Shown here: piece by piece, positions 51,769 through 61,212 of the stretch
Position numbering within the stretch: position 1 is the first letter of the stretch
Layout of the letters: each line of letters begins with the position of its first letter
Virus record (IMG/VR): IMGVR_UViG_3300028886_001624
Location: 1 to 64,000 of that record
Direction: 5' to 3' (one strand)
DNA: 64,000 bases
Source of the DNA: an uncultured virus (IMG/VR IMGVR_UViG_3300028886_001624)
Taxonomy: Duplodnaviria; Heunggongvirae; Uroviricota; Caudoviricetes
The notes under the pieces: model-generated
What the model saw: only the letters and a program-made list of their open reading frames with translations
The model's database searches: none
What the model was told of the DNA's origin: nothing
Translations under genes and position numbers: made by a program

Positions 51769-51906
51769 ATGAAACATTTCATTTATTGGAACCAAACTGC
51801 TAAAAAAAGCAAAGAGGAGATTAAATCCATCATGGATAAACAAGCAAATGGTGAAGAATATAAGTACGCAATAGTCGACACTGACCGCATAACAATTCAG
51901 AATTAA
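51769..51906 (+). CDS. Small hypothetical protein (45 aa)
   Basis: MKHFIYW..TIQN; not in ORF track. Confidence 0.45.
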   Translation: MKHFIYWNQTAKKSKEEIKSIMDKQANGEEYKYAIVDTDRITIQN

Positions 51907-51913
51907 AATAATT

Positions 51914-52315
51914 ATGGATAAAGAAAAAAGATTTGTTGGTGATGTAGACAACATTGACGGAGTTAGGGTAGTTCAAGATTATGATGACATTTACCGTGCC
52001 ATGCAGAACGGTGAAACCGTGCTCCATTGGGAATACGGCAATTCCCTCGCACCGTTGATTAATAACGGCGAATTCTGCAAAATTAAACCTTGTGTTCCCG
52101 CAGAGGTAAAGAGAGGCGATGTTGTCTTTTGTGTCTTAGGCGGTCAATACCCGATGGTTCATCAAGTGACAGAAATATCAAATGCTAGTTACACCGGAGA
52201 ACTTTGGTTCAAGATTGGTGATACGCACGATACAACCTATGGTTGGACCAAGGAAGTATATGGAATTGCTGTCGGCACAAACATTTTTTATGAAGAGGTG
52301 AAAAAATGGATGTAA
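51914..52315 (+). CDS. S24/S26 peptidase-like protein
   Basis: GNSLAPLI..G, GDVVF, H..IGD pattern. Confidence 0.55.
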   Translation: MDKEKRFVGDVDNIDGVRVVQDYDDIYRAMQNGETVLHWEYGNSLAPLINNGEFCKIKPCVPAEVKRGDVVFCVLGGQYPMVHQVTEISNASYTGELWFKIGDTHDTTYGWTKEVYGIAVGTNIFYEEVKKWM

Positions 52316-52376
52316 AGACTTGTCATTTTCAAGATTTTTATATATCTTTGCACTGAAAAATTTGTTGCTCATTGTT

Positions 52377-52448
52377 TGGAATATAGTATAAGTGGTAATA
52401 CGTCAGATTTTGGTTCTGAAGTTACGAGTTCGAGTCTTGTTATTCCAA
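52377..52448 (+). tRNA. tRNA-Gln(TTG)
   Basis: Acceptor TGGAATA/TATTCCA, anticodon stem TCAGA/TCTGA, TTCGA loop. Confidence 0.9.
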
Positions 52449-52467
52449 CAAAAATATTAATGGACAT

Positions 52468-52860
52468 ATGGAAGATTTTAACCACAAGGAGATTCACTCT
52501 AAAAAATTCTATCAATCGATAACTGAAATTGTTTTCGAGGCAGTAAAAGAAGTGCCATTTGAAAAGGTGGCAACAAAAGGCTCAAAAGAGATTTGGAAAC
52601 TATTTTGGCTTTTTCCGATTACTTTGGAAACCCATAAGCAAGACGTTTATTCTATTAATGACAGTGATTATACGGAGAGCCAATTGAATAGCAGTCTCAC
52701 GTATTTCTTCTCAGAGGGAAAGATAATGAGGAGGGCGATTGTCAAAATATATTGCGGCTCGCAAAATACTACTTATAAATTCAAAACAAATCGAGAAGCA
52801 TTGGATTTTTTGGATAATGTTAAGAAGGCATGTAAAGAATGCGGAAACGAATTACTGTAG
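52468..52860 (+). CDS. Hypothetical protein
   Basis: ORF between tRNAs. Confidence 0.65.
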   Translation: MEDFNHKEIHSKKFYQSITEIVFEAVKEVPFEKVATKGSKEIWKLFWLFPITLETHKQDVYSINDSDYTESQLNSSLTYFFSEGKIMRRAIVKIYCGSQNTTYKFKTNREALDFLDNVKKACKECGNELL

Positions 52861-52863
52861 GAT

Positions 52864-52937
52864 GGTCCCATAACTCAATTGAATAGAGTAACTGACTTCT
52901 AATCAGTAAGTTGGGAGTTTGAATCTCCCTGGGACTA
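52864..52937 (+). tRNA. tRNA-Arg(TCT)
   Basis: Cloverleaf, ACTGA-CTTCTAA-TCAGT; atypical D loop (no GG) and T loop TTTGAAT. Confidence 0.8.
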
Positions 52938-53008
52938 CTTGGAAAAAAATGTACGATTTTTCGTACATTTTTTCTTTTTTACTGTATTTATTGTAAAAAA
53001 GAAAGAAA

Positions 53009-53602
53009 ATGCAGTGGAAAACACAGAAAGAAACGTTGGAACAACTGATAAATGTTGACCACATTTCCTATGAAGAAATTGGAAGGAGGTACGGCCTAAG
53101 CGGACAAGCGGTCAAGAAAGCGGCGCAAAGGTTAGGTATCACCCTCCCAAGAAGGAGAAGAATTAATCCGTCAGAACATTTCAACAAGGGAACCGCAGAA
53201 ACGGCTGTTTGTGAAAATTGTGGAACTGAGTTCACAAAGTATACCGGACACAATGGAAGATTCTGTTCACTTGATTGTTACAATGAGTTCAAGCACAAGG
53301 AGGCTTACAGAGATTTCTTGGAAAACAATGACAAATACTGTCGCGCAAACTACAGTCCAAGAACGTTTAAGAAAGAAATATCGAAGGAACAAGGCGATAT
53401 ATGTGCCATATGTGGGGGTGGACAAGAGCACAACGGAAAACCGTTGGTCTTTATTCTAGACCACATTGACGGCAACGCTGCAAATAATAAGAGGGAAAAT
53501 CTCAGATGCGTTTGTCCGAACTGTGACAGTCAGTTGCCGACATACAAATCAAAGAACAAGAACGGCGCAAGAAGTTACTATCGATATCACAAAGAAAAGT
53601 AA
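53009..53602 (+). CDS. HNH endonuclease
   Basis: CAICG..LDHIDG...NN...NLRCVCPNC; N-terminal HTH and zinc finger. Confidence 0.88.
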   Translation: MQWKTQKETLEQLINVDHISYEEIGRRYGLSGQAVKKAAQRLGITLPRRRRINPSEHFNKGTAETAVCENCGTEFTKYTGHNGRFCSLDCYNEFKHKEAYRDFLENNDKYCRANYSPRTFKKEISKEQGDICAICGGGQEHNGKPLVFILDHIDGNAANNKRENLRCVCPNCDSQLPTYKSKNKNGARSYYRYHKEK

Positions 53603-53640
53603 CTTTAAAAAAATAAAAAAAAAAATAAAGAAAAACGATT

Positions 53641-53790
53641 ATGGCTTGTGGATGTAAAAAGAAAGCAGAAAATGCAGCCAACACCAATGTTTCACAACAA
53701 GTAAAGATTACAAATGTAAATACAAATGCTTTGAGTGAAAGTGGAAGGACTAGAAGGGCTGAAAAAAGAATTATTCTAACCGAAGAATAA
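53641..53790 (+). CDS. Small MACGC protein (49 aa, not in ORF track)
   Basis: MACGCKK..LSESGRTRRAEKRIILTEE; followed by terminator hairpin. Confidence 0.75.
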   Translation: MACGCKKKAENAANTNVSQQVKITNVNTNALSESGRTRRAEKRIILTEE

Positions 53791-53901
53791 TGAACCAATT
53801 CCATCAATTCCTAAATTGATGGAATTTTTTGTTTGAAAAACATAATCATTGAACTATTTATGGTTAACAAATACTAACCTAAGATAAAAAAATATATTGA
53901 A

Positions 53902-55341
53902 ATGCCAACAATGAACTGTTGCTCAGAATTTCAGACCGAATGTCTCAAAGTTGTCACAATAGGCTACCTTAAGACATTTATAGGGAACAATATACAAGAT
54001 TCAAACGGTAATATCGTTACCATTTCACAATCTGATGATACGTATTGCCCTAGTTATACTGAATTGACGAACGGTAGCATCATACCTAGCCATGTACAAG
54101 GGAGTACACCCAATTCTGACGTAGACGGTGTAATCATATCTACGGCAACTACACCATACAGTGGGACGCAACTTGTGGACCAAAGAGACCTATCCATTAT
54201 ATGGACTAGGCATAATGGATTGAACATCAGTGCATCATCTACTGAAATAGGTGCTTGTGGCGGTACGTCACAATTGAGCGTTGCCAATACCTACATCAGA
54301 TATAAAAAATATATGAATGAGGCATGTGAGATTCCTTCCAACCCAAGTTCAAGCACGGTGAGCGACACTAGCACATCTGAGTTGACTTGGTACAAGGAAT
54401 TGGCTGATGCAACCATCAATACAACAACTTTGGTCTATTCTCTTCCGAAGAACGAGGATGAGACCACCCCAATCAGATATGACCACATATCTGCCCATAC
54501 CGTGTTTAGGACCGCCGTAAAGGGCAGCAATGTGATTACAATGACACAATCTGAAACCGGAGGCGACTACACCGAACATGATGCATATTACTACATAACT
54601 ACTGCCGCCACTGCGGAAGCAACGACCGACACAACGTTCGTTTCGTGCGGTGCAATAACATACGGTGCCAAGTTCACGCTCAACCAAGACAGATGGGAGA
54701 CACGACATTGGAAAGACTCTTGCGGTACTGAAGACCCGACAAGGACAAAGGACTTCAATGTTGGGCCTACTGCCTCAACCGTATATTCATCCGTCACTAG
54801 GAATTGGAGTGCAGTAGAATGTCCGGTAAGTTCAAGCGCAAACTCAGATACAATAGCGTTTACGTACACGGACCCGAAAACATCTGAGGTGTTCAACGGC
54901 TCGGTTAATTTCTCTAGGACGTGTACGCAGAGTTGCTGCTCTTCCTATGAATATAGGATAACTTCACCAACCCCAAGCGATGTTACGGGTATTGATAACT
55001 GCGGCGTTCAAGGAAACTTCATAGTAACAATGCAATATAAGTGCGCAGACGGTGGTATGCCAAGTGAATGGGAACCTTATACCGGATTTACCGTTACAAC
55101 TGCATTTGTGTCCGGCCAAGACTTCGTATCGTTTAATGAACTTGCCTATGATGCTGCCGCAAATTGTACAACTGACGCTAGAAGCGGCACTTATGCAATA
55201 AGGGTACAAGCGGGTAGTGCCGGTGACGTTATATTGGATACAACGTTTAACGTGGTATTCTCTCAAGATGCCGGTCGTTGTGCTGATTGCGGATGCGGCT
55301 GCGAATCATTGATATTCGATGAGCCGGTATTACAGCCCTAA
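53902..55341 (+). CDS. Cys/Thr-rich putative virion protein
   Basis: N-terminus paralogous to 28996 ORF (YCPSYTEL/YIPKYSEL, DVDGVII/DVNGFII). Confidence 0.6.
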   Translation: MPTMNCCSEFQTECLKVVTIGYLKTFIGNNIQDSNGNIVTISQSDDTYCPSYTELTNGSIIPSHVQGSTPNSDVDGVIISTATTPYSGTQLVDQRDLSIIWTRHNGLNISASSTEIGACGGTSQLSVANTYIRYKKYMNEACEIPSNPSSSTVSDTSTSELTWYKELADATINTTTLVYSLPKNEDETTPIRYDHISAHTVFRTAVKGSNVITMTQSETGGDYTEHDAYYYITTAATAEATTDTTFVSCGAITYGAKFTLNQDRWETRHWKDSCGTEDPTRTKDFNVGPTASTVYSSVTRNWSAVECPVSSSANSDTIAFTYTDPKTSEVFNGSVNFSRTCTQSCCSSYEYRITSPTPSDVTGIDNCGVQGNFIVTMQYKCADGGMPSEWEPYTGFTVTTAFVSGQDFVSFNELAYDAAANCTTDARSGTYAIRVQAGSAGDVILDTTFNVVFSQDAGRCADCGCGCESLIFDEPVLQP

Positions 55342-55372
55342 AATAAAATAAAAAAAAAAGAGAAAGTTATAT

Positions 55373-57883
55373 ATGACAAGTGTATTTTTCCCACCGGAAG
55401 GTGGAACAATAGTTCTTGGATACTCGATAGAACCTTGTGAAGGAGAAAAAAACGTAACATTCCAAAAGAGTGACGATGATTGGTTTTCAATCACCGTCGC
55501 ACCGACTAGTTTAACACTGACGGCAACTGCCGGTTCTTCAAGAGAGGGGTATGTTACACCCCTTTTTAACGGGAATGCTTGCAGCAACATCATTGTGAGC
55601 CAAGGTTCTTGTGACTGTAGCAGTTTCATTGTCAGCGGGGTCAGCACCATAGCGTTCAACTATATAATACCCGCTTCCGGTTCACCGGTCGGTACGGTCA
55701 TGGGTACATACACCCTTGAGGGGTGCAGTGACAGTGAGATAAGGTTTGACAGTGACTTGGGGCTTGTCGCTGAGAACGGTGAAATCAAACTTACGAGAGC
55801 CATTGCCGAATCGCAAGAATCAGCGTTCACGGAATATGACGTAGACATATATTACGGCCAAAGCAACGAGAAATGTTACAGTGACACCATCTTCCAAGAA
55901 GGTACGCTTGTAAAGTGTGACTGTAGCGGTGTTGAGTATTTCGTAGAATCATTCAAGAAATCATATCCGCTGAGTGGTACGAGTGAATATGTCATGATTG
56001 CTAGCGGAAGCACGCATAACTGCGGTGTATTGTCAGCCATAACTAGTTCTGAGATTTTCGAAGACGAGAATATTGATTGTAGATACAGCCAAGATAATAC
56101 GAAATTTGAGTTTTGGGGAAAACTGTTACCCACAACCGCAAACCGTTCCGGCGGTCTCCGATTATATTACTTGGACAATGAGGGGGTGGAACAAGAGTGT
56201 GACAAGTCACTTATCGTAACACAAACTAGAACTTATTGTAACTGTGATAACCAAACGTCTTGGATAACGTTCGAAGAAGGATTCTCAGATGACGGTTGGG
56301 TTGATGATAACCACATTGTATTTTTCAACAGTTATCAAGATTATTTGGACGGCGCACAAGCCATTGGAAATAGGTTGGAGGGAAGCATACAAGATATTAT
56401 AAACCATGAATATTTTATATTAAATCAGTTAGAATATAATTGGATGACTCCAATCAATATACTGAAACCTAGCAATAATACCTCAACTTGCCGCGTGATA
56501 TGGCCTTCAAGCAGTGACGTGGATTGGATTTATCCGGCTTGCGACAATAATCACACATGGACTGACTGCGGATTCTATTGGAAACCAAATGAAACGAACG
56601 AACCACGAATTGCCCACATTACATTTGACCTTTATATTGATTTTGATTCCACAAGCAGTATTTCATTTGAGACATCAACTGAAGATGAAGATGAGTACAG
56701 AATCATATCCTATGACATCAGAGGTTGTTCAAAATGTGAGAAGCAGTTCAAATTTACCGTGTTACAACTTCCTAAATATGCACCACTGACTTGTTATACC
56801 AACCATAAACTAGATTCTTGTGTATCACTTGTCTCGTTAAACGATTATGTATTGCAAAAATATTATTATGGGTGGTATGATACATACTTTGTACCGGCAA
56901 ACCCGGCTCAACAATTTAGACAAGCAATTGACAAAGACACCATCGCAAATGAGGCGGTAATATCTGCCGATACTAGCAGTGCCGATTGGGTATATATATG
57001 TGAATATAACTATGATAAGTATCTCTGCATTGATGACAATAATTCTTCCTCTGACCGTTCTGCAACCGTGACACTTCAAGTCCAAACAGAAAGCGGTGAT
57101 GTCTGTTGTGATAAAGTATATGAATTTAAGCAACATCCGTTAATAACTGACTGTGCTTCGTTCAAGGAATCGTTTGGATATTATCTGTATTGTCAAGCCA
57201 TAGATGACCACGGAGAATATGTCAGATATATTTCAGCCGACGGAGACACAACCTTAAATATGTATTTCTTCGGAGATTCTAGGGGTTGGAAAATGAGTGC
57301 CGTAACTTGTGATGCTAGCGGTGTTGATACACCCTCAAATATTGTCAACAGAATAGAATACTATGTTCCGTCTGAAACGAAATATCTTGGTGGATATAGA
57401 ATGGACATTATTTATAATGACAATATATATTCAGACAGAAGGACTCAGTATCTTAAATTCTTCTACGTTGACGATAATGGGAACCAAGTCGGAGGAAGCG
57501 ACTGTTTTACCATCTTGAAGACCATCCAATACGAACCCCAGACACCTACTTGTTATTGTCAGAGAATGGAGTTCAACCAAGCGGAAATCCAAACATCATA
57601 TCCTTCTAACTATGGTGAGATATTTATCGGAACGGCCACGGTCAGCCAAGGTGCACCATATTGTAACAGCGTCAGTGCCTCAACCACACACTCTGACCTA
57701 TTGTCTTGCAGAGTAGTCGAGACGGTCACGCACACAACATATGAGGTATATGCAACCATTGGAAGGAACACTAGTTCCACGACACAGACAGTTACCGTGG
57801 ACATTAACTTGATAACTAGCGAGCCTAGGACATGTGACCAATACTATAGGTATGTAAGTTTCAACGTACTACCGGAAACATAG
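55373..57883 (+). CDS. Large Cys-rich protein with BACON/Ig-like modules; putative adhesin or virion protein
   Basis: Repeated DW..N...R.A.(I/V)T..Q patterns. Confidence 0.55.
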   Translation: MTSVFFPPEGGTIVLGYSIEPCEGEKNVTFQKSDDDWFSITVAPTSLTLTATAGSSREGYVTPLFNGNACSNIIVSQGSCDCSSFIVSGVSTIAFNYIIPASGSPVGTVMGTYTLEGCSDSEIRFDSDLGLVAENGEIKLTRAIAESQESAFTEYDVDIYYGQSNEKCYSDTIFQEGTLVKCDCSGVEYFVESFKKSYPLSGTSEYVMIASGSTHNCGVLSAITSSEIFEDENIDCRYSQDNTKFEFWGKLLPTTANRSGGLRLYYLDNEGVEQECDKSLIVTQTRTYCNCDNQTSWITFEEGFSDDGWVDDNHIVFFNSYQDYLDGAQAIGNRLEGSIQDIINHEYFILNQLEYNWMTPINILKPSNNTSTCRVIWPSSSDVDWIYPACDNNHTWTDCGFYWKPNETNEPRIAHITFDLYIDFDSTSSISFETSTEDEDEYRIISYDIRGCSKCEKQFKFTVLQLPKYAPLTCYTNHKLDSCVSLVSLNDYVLQKYYYGWYDTYFVPANPAQQFRQAIDKDTIANEAVISADTSSADWVYICEYNYDKYLCIDDNNSSSDRSATVTLQVQTESGDVCCDKVYEFKQHPLITDCASFKESFGYYLYCQAIDDHGEYVRYISADGDTTLNMYFFGDSRGWKMSAVTCDASGVDTPSNIVNRIEYYVPSETKYLGGYRMDIIYNDNIYSDRRTQYLKFFYVDDNGNQVGGSDCFTILKTIQYEPQTPTCYCQRMEFNQAEIQTSYPSNYGEIFIGTATVSQGAPYCNSVSASTTHSDLLSCRVVETVTHTTYEVYATIGRNTSSTTQTVTVDINLITSEPRTCDQYYRYVSFNVLPET

Positions 57884-58021
57884 TCTGTTCATTTTTGTTT
57901 TTTTTTTTACCAACTTTGCCGAATGCGTTTTTCCATTCGGCAAAATTTTTTATTGTTAATATGCATTTTTTTCCATGAAAATTTGTTATTTCAAAAAACT
58001 TTTTATATCTTTGCAAAAAAT

Positions 58022-58094
58022 CGCGGGATGGTAGGAGTGGTTTCCTCGGTGGTCTCATAAGCCACAGACGTTGGTTCGAACCCAACTCCCGCAA
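58022..58094 (+). tRNA. tRNA-Met(CAT), initiator-like
   Basis: CGCGGGA/TCCCGCA with C1:A72 mismatch; CTCATAA loop. Confidence 0.85.
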
Positions 58095-58102
58095 CAAAGG
58101 TT

Positions 58103-58229
58103 CACCACTTAGCGCAGATGGTAGAGCAACGTAATGAATGTTTTCAATGGATAACTGAAGGAAACTCACAGCAATTTAAAAAGTTGATTAGTAATCCGTA
58201 GGTCATAAGTTCGAGTCTTATAGTGGTGA
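58103..58229 (+). tRNA. tRNA-like gene (AGT anticodon, Thr) with 54-nt insertion in the anticodon stem
   Basis: Perfect acceptor and T stems; removing 58132-58185 gives ACGGA-TTAGTAA-TCCGT. Confidence 0.7.
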
Positions 58230-58263
58230 ACCTATTTTAATTTAATAAAAAGTTAACATTACG

Positions 58264-58617
58264 ATGGAAAAATATATTTTAAAGGTAACTATTTCATACA
58301 ACGAGAAGCCGGAAAACGACAAAAAAGAGCACGAAAGGGTGAATACCTTAACGCACTCAATTTGTGAGACATCGATAGATGATGCAATCAATGAAGCCAA
58401 TCATTTAATTGGTGAGTTGGAAGAGAAATTCGGCTTCAACTTTCCAAAGAGGTTTGAGGTGTCAAGCATGAAAAAGGGATATGAAACCATTTGTTCATAT
58501 GTAGATTATGTCATAGTTGGTGTAAGTTTAACTACTTTATATTTCTCTGACATTAATGCTGCACTTGAACACGCATTCAAATCTCAGAAAGAATATGAGG
58601 AATGGGAGAAAAATTAG
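58264..58617 (+). CDS. Hypothetical protein
   Basis: ORF in tRNA region. Confidence 0.6.
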   Translation: MEKYILKVTISYNEKPENDKKEHERVNTLTHSICETSIDDAINEANHLIGELEEKFGFNFPKRFEVSSMKKGYETICSYVDYVIVGVSLTTLYFSDINAALEHAFKSQKEYEEWEKN

Positions 58618-58648
58618 ATAATTATATACAATTAAACCCCAAAAAAAT

Positions 58649-58987
58649 ATGAGTTTAAGAAATAAAGAATCATTAGAGAAATACTTTGCAGAAAGTAGGG
58701 AAAGGATGGCTAAAAGAAAAATTAAAAAAGCCGAACATAGGAAGAATTCTAATAAACAACAAAAAAAAATGATTGAAACTGAAAAAAGAAAAGAAAAAAT
58801 GTGGACGAAATCTTTCTTAAATGCCATAAAAGATGATTCTGAATGGTATGAGCATTGGAATTCTATGGATATTTCTATACATTCAGTTGAAATCATTAGC
58901 ATATTAAGCAACAAAAAAACGTTAAATGATAACGAAAAAAGCGTGCTTGATTTTGCCTTTGAATTGGCTTATCCAAATGGTTTATAG
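58649..58987 (+). CDS. Hypothetical basic protein
   Basis: ORF in tRNA region. Confidence 0.55.
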   Translation: MSLRNKESLEKYFAESRERMAKRKIKKAEHRKNSNKQQKKMIETEKRKEKMWTKSFLNAIKDDSEWYEHWNSMDISIHSVEIISILSNKKTLNDNEKSVLDFAFELAYPNGL

Positions 58988-59054
58988 GACCAAATAATAT
59001 ATAATCACCAAAAATTAAACAATAATATAGCAGTTGACATAAAAATAAAATAGT

Positions 59055-59417
59055 ATGAATATAAGTGAATCATATAAGAAACTATCAGAATATTCTGATT
59101 TAGTAGAAACCATAACAAGTGGTAATACTAGTCGTATAGTATGTTTAAGAGGTATTAATGGAGTACAAACAGAAGAAATCACGTTTCACCCAAATGGAAA
59201 ATGTGGCTCTATAGAATTAAATGATGAGGAAATGTTTGGAATTCGCTGCAATCATTTAATGTGGGCAGAAGGATTCGTTGAAGGCACGGAATCATTTATG
59301 CAAGGAATAAAGGGAAACGAGGCTATATTGATTTATGGAAACCATAAAGGCAGTCTTGAAGTTGAATTGTTAACTTGTTCTGATAAAGAAGATACAAGGT
59401 CATATGTTACACCATAA
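59055..59417 (+). CDS. Hypothetical protein
   Basis: ORF in tRNA region. Confidence 0.6.
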   Translation: MNISESYKKLSEYSDLVETITSGNTSRIVCLRGINGVQTEEITFHPNGKCGSIELNDEEMFGIRCNHLMWAEGFVEGTESFMQGIKGNEAILIYGNHKGSLEVELLTCSDKEDTRSYVTP

Positions 59418-59454
59418 TGTGCCATCTTCTATATCATTACCAAAAATTAACATT

Positions 59455-59524
59455 GCAGCCTTAGTGTAACGGTGGCACGGGACGCTTCCAGCGTTCAAGA
59501 GTGGTTCGACTCCATGGGCTTGCT
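59455..59524 (+). tRNA. tRNA-Gly(TCC), imperfect acceptor/T stems (possibly degenerate)
   Basis: GGACG-CTTCCAG-CGTTC anticodon arm; GGTTCGACTCC. Confidence 0.7.
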
Positions 59525-59548
59525 CATATATGGTCTTTTCATACTTAC

Positions 59549-59613
59549 GAGGAAACTAACAGCAATTCAATTTTTTTGTTTCTCATAGGCTTTACACGAT
59601 TAAATGTTTCCTC
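59549..59613 (+). ncRNA. ACAGCAA-motif hairpin RNA candidate
   Basis: GAGGAAAC/GTTTCCTC terminal stem then TAACAGCAATT; motif shared with the tRNA insertion at 58160. Confidence 0.55.
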
Positions 59614-59636
59614 TAAAAAAAAAATTAAAGAAAAAA

Positions 59637-59930
59637 ATGAAGAAAGATGTTGATTTACCAAGGTACTCCTTGTTTTTCATTAAGGAAATACAAGAAAGTA
59701 TAAATGAATACAACATAGTCAATGAGGGTGACTCAATCTCTATTGAGATATGTACCCAATCACACCCGTATTCCTATGATGGACTCAAGACCGTTGTATC
59801 CACTTTCATTAGAAAGGGGTATAAAACTAGATTGCCGGATTTTAAAATGGTAAAGGACGGTGATGAAAAGAACTATGTTTATTCATGGAACCTTGCTAAA
59901 GCAGAACCCGGAGACGATTTACCTTTTTAA
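59637..59930 (+). CDS. Hypothetical protein with SSB-like C-terminal tail
   Basis: Ends GDDLPF. Confidence 0.65.
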   Translation: MKKDVDLPRYSLFFIKEIQESINEYNIVNEGDSISIEICTQSHPYSYDGLKTVVSTFIRKGYKTRLPDFKMVKDGDEKNYVYSWNLAKAEPGDDLPF

Positions 59931-59962
59931 CTAAATTTTACATATAAAATAAATTTTAAAAA

Positions 59963-60982
59963 ATGAAAAAGTTAATTTTGTTTTTGGCACTTATCTGTGC
60001 CACAGTTTCGATGAGGGCACAGATTGCCACTCAGAACAGTAATGCCTTGGATAATATCGGTGTAGGTGTTACGGTTGGTGCAACGGCACCGTTGGATTTC
60101 AATGACGTTCTGCCATTAAACACAAACTTCGGTCTTAAACTGACAAAGGACATCAGTCCCAAGTTCGGCTTGCAGTTGGAAGCGTTAGGATTTTTGAACG
60201 ACAATCACTTCAGCAATGTCAAGACCGCAATCAAGGCTACGAATGTAGGACTTAATGGTGTGACAAACCTATCTAACTTATTTGGTGGGTACAAGGGAAC
60301 ACCTAGATTATTTGAAGTTGGCCTAGTTGGTGGCCTCGGATGGTTACACACTTGGAATTCCGCCAATAATTTCCTTTCTGCAAAAACCGGCCTCGACCTT
60401 TCATTTAACATGGGCAAGAAGAAGGCACACAGTTTGGTCTTAACACCGGCAGTATATTGGAATCTGAACAAGTTTAATAAAATCCAATTCAACAAGAATG
60501 GTTCACAGTTGGCCCTTAACGTAACTTATGTATATCACTTCAAGACTAGCAACGGCACACACCATTTTAAGACATATGATATTGGTGCGATGAACGATGA
60601 AATCAATTATCTGAAGGGTCGCTTGGATGAATGTGAGAAGCAGAGTCCAAAGATTATCCAAAAGATTGTTGAACGCCAAGTTGAAAAGAAGGTTTCACAG
60701 CCAACACCAATGCAATGGTTAGTACAGTTTGCAAAAGGCAATGCGGACCTCAGCATCAAGGGCATGGAAACTCTGAACACCATCAAGGAAGGCACTGTTG
60801 TTGAAATTGTCGGTATGGCTTCTCCGGAAGGTTCACATGACTTCAATATGACATTGTCTAACAGACGCGCAAAGGTTGTGGCTGATTATCTTGAGACACG
60901 CGGCGTCAAGGTGAAGTCTTGTCGTGGAATCGACACGTCCAAGGATACGAACAGACTTGCAATTGTCACGATTGCAGAGTGA
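59963..60982 (+). CDS. OmpA-family outer membrane protein
   Basis: Signal peptide, beta-barrel, then G.ASPEG...N..LS..RA..V..YL peptidoglycan-binding motif. Confidence 0.85.
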   Translation: MKKLILFLALICATVSMRAQIATQNSNALDNIGVGVTVGATAPLDFNDVLPLNTNFGLKLTKDISPKFGLQLEALGFLNDNHFSNVKTAIKATNVGLNGVTNLSNLFGGYKGTPRLFEVGLVGGLGWLHTWNSANNFLSAKTGLDLSFNMGKKKAHSLVLTPAVYWNLNKFNKIQFNKNGSQLALNVTYVYHFKTSNGTHHFKTYDIGAMNDEINYLKGRLDECEKQSPKIIQKIVERQVEKKVSQPTPMQWLVQFAKGNADLSIKGMETLNTIKEGTVVEIVGMASPEGSHDFNMTLSNRRAKVVADYLETRGVKVKSCRGIDTSKDTNRLAIVTIAE

Positions 60983-61212
60983 GATATTAACAACTCAAAT
61001 ACAGAAGAGGAGGGGGATAATATCTAAAAAAAAATCCAATTTAACCGATAGTGTTTTTCAACGTCCATATGTCTACATTCTCCTTTAATTTGGTTGAATT
61101 GGTGGTTACTGCGACAAGTAAACAGTTCACGACGGATACCAATCTAGGCAAAACAGAGCCAATAAGTCCGTCACTTTTTACCTAACAGATAGAAAAAAAA
61201 AAATAATTCATT

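Noticed and set aside
58132..58185. Group I or group II intron in the tRNA
   Set aside because: 54 nt is far too short and there are no catalytic core motifs.
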